64,000 nt of DNA, from positions 67,084,001 to 67,148,000 of the forward strand of contig OZ024741.1 of the NCBI GenBank assembly GCA_964016885.1. The letters run 5' to 3'. Positions 57,379-64,000 of this stretch are shown one piece after another; position 1 is the stretch's first letter; each line of letters begins with the position of its first letter. The position numbers and the translations under genes are program-made. The notes beneath the pieces are model-generated. The model worked only from the letters and a program-made list of their open reading frames with translations, made no database searches and had not been told where the DNA came from. This DNA is from Eledone cirrhosa. Its lineage: Eukaryota.

Positions 57379-57565
57379 ATTAACACTTAACATTTAATAT
57401 TCTACCATACTATTTCCTTCTAATACCATTATAAATTTTAAAGGATTGTAAATAAAACGAGTAAATCAGACAAAGTTGGAATTCCTTTTATTAATATACA
57501 TATATACATATATACATACATGCATACACACACACACACATATATATATATACATACATGCATAA

Positions 57566-57600
<35 letters not shown>

Positions 57601-58385
57601 CATGCATACACACATACACACACACGCACACACACATATATATATATGTGTGTGTGTGTGTGCGTACATAAACGCTTGTATAATATTTGACAAATCACTT
57701 GTATGCCCATATTTATTGAATATATATGATTAACTTTTACTCATATTTAATTTTATTTTTTAATGATGCTTTTCCGTTGGTTCTTTACTTCTTTAGTTTG
57801 TTTTAATCAACACCCATCACCGCCTTCGGTTAATCAGGTCCCTAAATCGAGGCATTTATTTACATTGTAAAATAATTGGGCAATTTTCTCCAATTAGTAG
57901 AGCTACAAAAATAAGTTTTCTAGGAAACTGAAATTTCCACCGGAGGACTAAACAACTGCAAATACAGTAGGAGATAAATTTAAGGTTACAAACAAATTCA
58001 GTAATCTAAAATGCTTAAATTTGAAGAGTAAATTAAATATATCGCTGGGACTTTTTACTTCACGCGGCACAATTTTCAATTTTGTGACGATCCCATTCTA
58101 ACCAGTTTTCGATTTTTCAATATTCTTTCCTATATTATCTTGACATTTCCAGTTAAGTTTTGTGGTTACCTTCCACCGAGCACGATTGTATTTCCATAAT
58201 TTTAATATTAAGGGACATGAATATAGTTTGAGTTAAAACACGGGTTAATTGTTTCTTTTCCTTTAGTTGTTTTTATTGATAAATCATCGAATACTGAGTC
58301 GTGAGTATTTAAAGTAAGAAGAATATACTCTGTATTAGTCAAATGTCTTGCCTACAGTTACTCTCTCTTGTCGTATATATATATA

Positions 58386-59370
58386 TATATTAATAAGGTA
58401 ATGAATTCTTTTACAATGGAATTAGCTCGAAGGAGGAAAATACCCACTGAGCCGTGTATAAACTAATATGTATGTGATGAAACACAGATACCAACACATC
58501 TGTATATATATTGCAAAAGAAAATTTAGCCAGATTGAAGTATACTAATTATTATACTACAGTTTGTCCATATCGATTTAAGATAATAAATCAACAAAGAC
58601 GAACTGCATTGCCAAAAGGCTATGATGTTTAGACACATTTAAATTTCAAAATCAAACCTGTTCCGTAGATAAGTTTAAACTTTAAAATCCAAATATGTTT
58701 CGAGATAAATAAGTGTAGGAATATCATGTCCTGCTCTCCTCAGTAAACATCCAGGGACAAATTGATATGCTTCACTTCTAAATAATTTAAAAGACTGCGT
58801 GACGCACATGGTTTAACAGTATCTAGCTAGTCTCATAACCGTACTGCTAGAAATAACAGTCGTATATATGAGGCGGCTTTCAGCTCAGACTAGGAGCAGT
58901 TATATTAATAAGGTAATGAATTCTTTTACAATGGAATTAGCTCGAAGGAGGAAAATACCCACTGAGCCGTGTATAAACTAATATGTATGTGATGAAACAC
59001 AGATACCAACACATCTGTATATATATTGCAAAAGAAAATTTAGCCAGATTGAAGTATACTAATTATTATACTACAGTTTGTCCATATCGATTTAAAATAA
59101 TAAATCAACAAAGACGAACTGCATTGCCAAAAGGCTATGATGTTTAGACACATTTAAATTTCAAAATCTAACCTGTTCCGTAGATAAGTTTAAACTTTAA
59201 AATCCAAATATGTTTCGAGATAAATAAGTGTAGGAATATCATGTCCTGCTCTCCTCAGTAAACATCCAGGGACAAATTGATATGCTTCACTTCTAAATAA
59301 TTTAAAAGACTGCGTGACGCACATGGTTTAACAGTATCTAGCTAGTCTCATAACCGTACTGCTAGAAATA
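58386..59370. repeat. 470-bp direct duplication (58386-58855 / 58901-59370)
   Basis: Offset 515; I see only two substitutions. Confidence 0.93.
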
Positions 59371-59455
59371 AGACTAACTTTTTAGCCTTAATAAAATGAA
59401 TACTAAAACTCTACTTCGTTATTGAGTACTGTTTTCTCTCAGCCGTCAACCATAT

Positions 59456-59537
<82 letters not shown>

Positions 59538-59622
59538 ATATGGTTGACGGCTGAGAGAAAACAGTACTCAATAACGAAGTAGAGTTTTAGTATTCATTTT
59601 ATTAAGGCTAAAAAGTTAGTCT
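59371..59622. repeat. 252-bp palindrome centred on (TA)n
   Basis: About 90-bp exactly complementary arms around a pure TA tract. Confidence 0.93.
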
Positions 59623-59686
59623 TTTTACTCTGTAGTTTCGTCTGTTTAACAGAGGGTGATCAGGCAAGAACGTGTGTATGTGTGTA

Positions 59687-59786
<100 letters not shown>

Positions 59787-59838
59787 AGCTGTTCGTAGGT
59801 TAGATGTATGTGTTAATTAACATTATTACTGTTTTTTT

Positions 59839-60025
59839 AGGGCGGTGGATTGGCAGTATCGGTAGAGGGTCGGACACCATGCTTTGCAGCAAAGAGTTAC
59901 GGCCCTTTATGGTCTGATTTCAAATCCCGCTGAAGTTAACTTTGCCTTTCATCCTTATGGGGTAGATAAAATAAGTACCAGTAATACACTGGTTAATTGC
60001 TGGCCTTGTGCCAAAAGTAGAAACA
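59839..60025 (+). mobile_element. SINE family B with TSD
   Basis: Family core; attattactgttttttt on both sides. Confidence 0.88.
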
Positions 60026-60094
60026 ATTATTACTGTTTTTTTTTCATTTATCTATTATTTAAGGGACCTTTTTAACGATTTTAGTTTTAATCCC

Positions 60095-60302
60095 GATGAT
60101 ACAGAACTTGCCAGTATCAGTAGAGCTTCTAGCGACATATTTTGCAGCATAGAGTTAGGGCTCTTTGCGTTAACATCTTGCCGAGCTTAGCTTTGGCTTT
60201 CATCATTACGGTGTCGATCAAATAACATACCAGTAAGGTCGATTCAATCGACGTTCCTCTTCCTTTCAAATTGCTGACTGTGCCTAAAGTAGAAACAATT
60301 AT
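60095..60302 (+). mobile_element. Degenerate SINE family B
   Basis: ggctttcatc..gtcgat..tgtgcctaaagtagaaacaatt. Confidence 0.65.
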
Positions 60303-62483
60303 AACATAAATTATGCTTTAAGTGTATTTGAAACCTTAAACTAAATATATATTGTATTACATCTCCTTTAACTGGTTTCCTTTTTTATGAAATATATTAA
60401 AGATTTCTCGAATAGCATATCTGTAAATGTTTGTTTTTGTGTATATCTCACCTTCCCTGCTATAAATCCTTCTTCCTACTCATCACATTTCAGTTGATCC
60501 CATTCTTTTTTTTTTATATGTGTAGTCATCATCCTACTTCTTTTGTGTGTAGCTTTCTCTGCTTTTCTACTACCTCCACGTTGGTGAAGCAAAGAGTTTA
60601 GTCATTCAATGTCTTATTACCACACAATCTCGTCTACTCTCTTTCATATTATTCCTGTCGCTTACATATAATCACCTACTTCTTCCCACCATCTTGAATT
60701 CTTTGTCATTCCTTTCACACTTTCTGTCGCTTTTATTCTTTCTTTTTATCATTAACTGGCAATCTGTATGCTTTGTTTCTCTTTAAATTATAATTTCATT
60801 TCTATTAGTTTTTGCATAAGCACAAGTCGGTTATATCGACCAGAACGTGCTTTATACATATTTTATCGAACCAGGAAAAGCGAAAGGCATCAATAATGCG
60901 ACAAACGCCATCTCACAATAATTATCTTCACTCATTTGATTCCTCCCCCTCTTCCATTCTTTGTCTTTCCTTTGTTTATGTATTGATATCTTCTATATTA
61001 TGTACTTTCTATACCTCGAATTAAACATCCCCTGCTTACATTTGCAGATATTTCAGTGTTTATATATGTGTCTTTCTTTTACCTTTCAATTGCGTTTCTA
61101 CTTTTAGTAACTAAAGATTGCTTTTTTAATATTAATATTATTCCCATCAATAATATAGTGGAAAAGATGTCTCACACTTACATTGTCCTCTCTTGCCAAA
61201 CGCAAGCGTGTCTGCATGCAGCCTGGATAAATGATTAATTATCATGCATTGTTCACAGCAAATTTTATGTAATATGATTTCTAATTTAGACAAAGGGCCT
61301 ACAATGTCTAGGGAGGGAAAAGTCAATTAACTAAATACCACAAAGTATTTTATCTGATGCTCTCATGTTTTCGTCGAACCACCGCCCATATTAAATTTTA
61401 TATGATCAAACGTTAGACGCCTCTACAAGACTTATTTATATCCCTACACGTAAATAAAAAGGTTGTGTATTCTGAATTACTCTCAGGACAGCGTTCAGAA
61501 TTCCTTACAACTATGATGGTTATAGTTCATGACAATTCTTAGTATTACTTTTTATATTTTAAGTATTGATCATGGAAGGTTTCAATAATTCAATGTGTCT
61601 GTTACCTCTGAACCCTCTGGTTTTCACATGTTATAAGAATGATTTATTTTCAAAACATATTTACGTCGCCACACCCCATTTTATATTAATTTCGAAAATT
61701 ATTTTTTGACTTATTTTATGTCATAAATCTGAACTATTATGTTCCATAAAAGTTTCATTTAATCCTGTGTTCTTATTTAAGGCAGAGGAATTAGCAGTAT
61801 GACATTTACATGATTAATTTATACTAATCATATTCAATGCGTATCTATAGCACAATGCATTAGACTGCGAATGTTTTGAAAAAATATATAATGTTTAATG
61901 AAAGATGACTTTTGGAAAGAAATCTAATACTATTCTATTAAAACGAATATGCTTATATTAAGAAGTTTTGTACGTTTATTGTTCTTTTTTATCCCTGGTA
62001 GTATAAGACAAATGCCAGTTGATTACAAGAATAAATCTGTTTGAGTTTTAACTCCATATACTCCATTAAAAAATTAATAAAACACACAACGTATTGATGG
62101 AAACCTCTCATTACTGAAACGTGTAACAATTGATTCTATTTAACAGGTGTACGGGATAAATAAATAATCTCCGAATTTATAGGGCCCTAACTAACTATTA
62201 TAAATCATGTTATCGATTGTCTAAAGATTTTGACAGTCCTCCAGTAATGATTTCTAACTGAGGTACAATGCCAGTAATTATTGTCAGCGTGGGCATAATT
62301 CAATTATATTGACCTCAGTACTCGACTGTTACATTATTTTGTCCATTGAAGAAAGATGAACGGCAAAGTTGACCTCATGTAAAGTACCCTAACTAAATCT
62401 ATCAAGCATTTGTCGGACATCATAAGGGTTATTCCAATCCTCCAACATTCGACAATAATAAGAATTATTATTATTTCTTATTG

Positions 62484-62814
62484 GCTAGGAGCGGTGGGTT
62501 GGCAATATAGGTAGAGCGTTGGACAACACGCATGTGGCATATAGTTACGTCCCTTTACGTTCTGGGTTCAAATCCCGCCGAAGTTAGCTTTTCCTCTCAT
62601 CCTTACGGGGTCGATAAAATAAAGAACCATTAACGCACTGGGGTCGATTTAATAGACTTTCCTCCCCACCAAATTTGTTGGCCTTGTGCCTAAAGTAGAA
62701 ACCATTATTTCTTACTGCCGAGGTTAACTTTGCCTTTCATCCTTATGGGGTCGATAAAATAAAGTACCAGTAATGTACTGGGTATTTGCTGGCTTTGTGC
62801 CTAAAGTAGAAACC
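62484..62814 (+). mobile_element. SINE family B plus a second 3'-half copy in tandem
   Basis: Full copy 62488-62710, partial copy 62716-62814; attatttcttattg flanks the pair. Confidence 0.85.
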
Positions 62815-62839
62815 ATTATTTCTTATTGCATGCTAGGTT

Positions 62840-63830
62840 CTACACATAAAGGACAATACAAACTGAGAATTTATATAAAACCTGCAATAAATGATAACAG
62901 GAAATAATTAACAATAAATTGATAACAATAAAATGTCACAAAGAGGGAGTGTCACCCAGGGGTATGTTAGAAATCCCCCAAATCCTAAATCCCTCTAATC
63001 TCCAAGAGCACCATCGGAAGATGCCTTTCTCCCCCTCTCTTTAAAATCTCCAGTCTGCAGGAGTATGATCAGAGTAGGCGAATTGATTCGGGCCATTCTC
63101 GTTACATTCACACACCTTTTAACAAATGTCCTGGAGGGAAGCACTCCGCATCCTCACTTCCTTTCCAAGTGGAACTTCAAAAATTTATGACGGCGCGGCC
63201 GAAGAGGAAAGTGTTTGTCTGCAGTCCTTTGAGCCGGATCCACTACACAACCTTTTTCACTATAGCCACCAGACAGAAGAAAACTGCTTGCGTTCTCCGC
63301 TCAAAAGAAAGCGGCGGGGCGTTTTTTACGATGGAGGTGATCGATAGCCGAGTCCGTCCTACACGCGTAAAAACTGTTTAACAAAAGTCTACATGTCAGC
63401 AATTCACAGGCATTGGACGTGTACGTGCAGAACGATCTCATTGCTCTGCGGCATCACGGGCGGGTCCATCGGAGAGCATGTTCATGCCTGTAGAGTTTGT
63501 CTCAATCCAGCATTGACGAGCGCTAGCACTGCTATGCCAGAGATTTGTGGAAGTTCTCAATACTTGCTATGCCAGAGATTTGTGGAAGTTCTCAATACTT
63601 CTCGGCTTGAGAGTTCTCCGTAACAGACTGGTCAGTTTGATTTCGTCGACGCTCTGAGAACATTGTTGCTCTTACACACTACTTGTCCCCCTTAGAACGG
63701 GGAATTCCCAATGACCGCATTGCCCGACTGCAGTCCAGATGCCAAACTCCCAGTCACGGCCTTCGCTTGACCCACGACTGGGTTAAAGAGTCGAGAAAAA
63801 CCTGCTGCACCGCTCCTGTAAGTTTATGTA
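62840..63830 (-). mobile_element. Decayed 3' fragment of a Tx1-clade LINE related to the 34859 element
   Basis: SWVKRRP*LGVWHLDC, AVFFCLVAIVKKVV*WIRLKGLQTNTF and FVKRCVNVTRMARINSP match the 35720 and 36742 ORF C-termini. Confidence 0.85.
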
Positions 63831-63893
63831 ACAATAGAAAAAAAATCAAACTTACAGGAGCGATGTATAACACGTATCGACAAGTGAACGATC

Positions 63894-63963
<70 letters not shown>
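63894..63963. repeat. (TAA)n microsatellite
   Basis: Direct observation. Confidence 0.95.
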
Positions 63964-64000
63964 GGGAAAATGAAGCATGTGTCAGTAAAAACGAGGTAAA

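Larger units (their letters stand above)
56690..57498. mobile_element. Fold-back cassette (arms 56725-57081 / 57143-57498) with short left tail; putative inverted PLE pLTR
   Basis: About 355-bp near-identical inverted arms; hammerhead on each arm; microsatellite flanks. Confidence 0.9.

Noticed and set aside
57900-58220. Possible decayed GIY-YIG C-terminus on the minus strand
   Set aside because: Only vague similarity with many stops; cannot be supported by eye.
60300-62250. Host gene exon or promoter in the unique AT-rich stretch
   Set aside because: No long ORF or recognisable motif; a small exon cannot be excluded without transcript data.

Overview
Eukaryotic, AT-rich, microsatellite-dense DNA. 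It is probably from an octopod cephalopod, inferred from recalled SINE similarity only. I see no convincing host gene exon. 1-10487 is a 24-bp minisatellite with about three higher-order units and stop-free Thr/Pro and Asn/Thr/Asp/Ser frames. The rest is a transposon mosaic: at least five Penelope-like element (PLE; RT + GIY-YIG) remnants, a near-intact 5'-truncated Tx1-clade LINE in a (TATC)n tract plus a decayed relative, an R4/Dong-like RLE LINE, a CR1-like LINE, a hAT transposase pseudogene, three non-autonomous Helitrons and many tRNA-derived SINEs. The most striking pattern is about a dozen unrelated fold-back (inverted-repeat) cassettes in or beside (TA)n tracts. Most have a one-sided tail, and many carry minimal hammerhead ribozyme motifs on both arms. 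They are best read as inverted PLE pseudo-LTR insertions whose fold-back is made anew at each insertion. All alignments and folds were done by eye, so coordinates are approximate.
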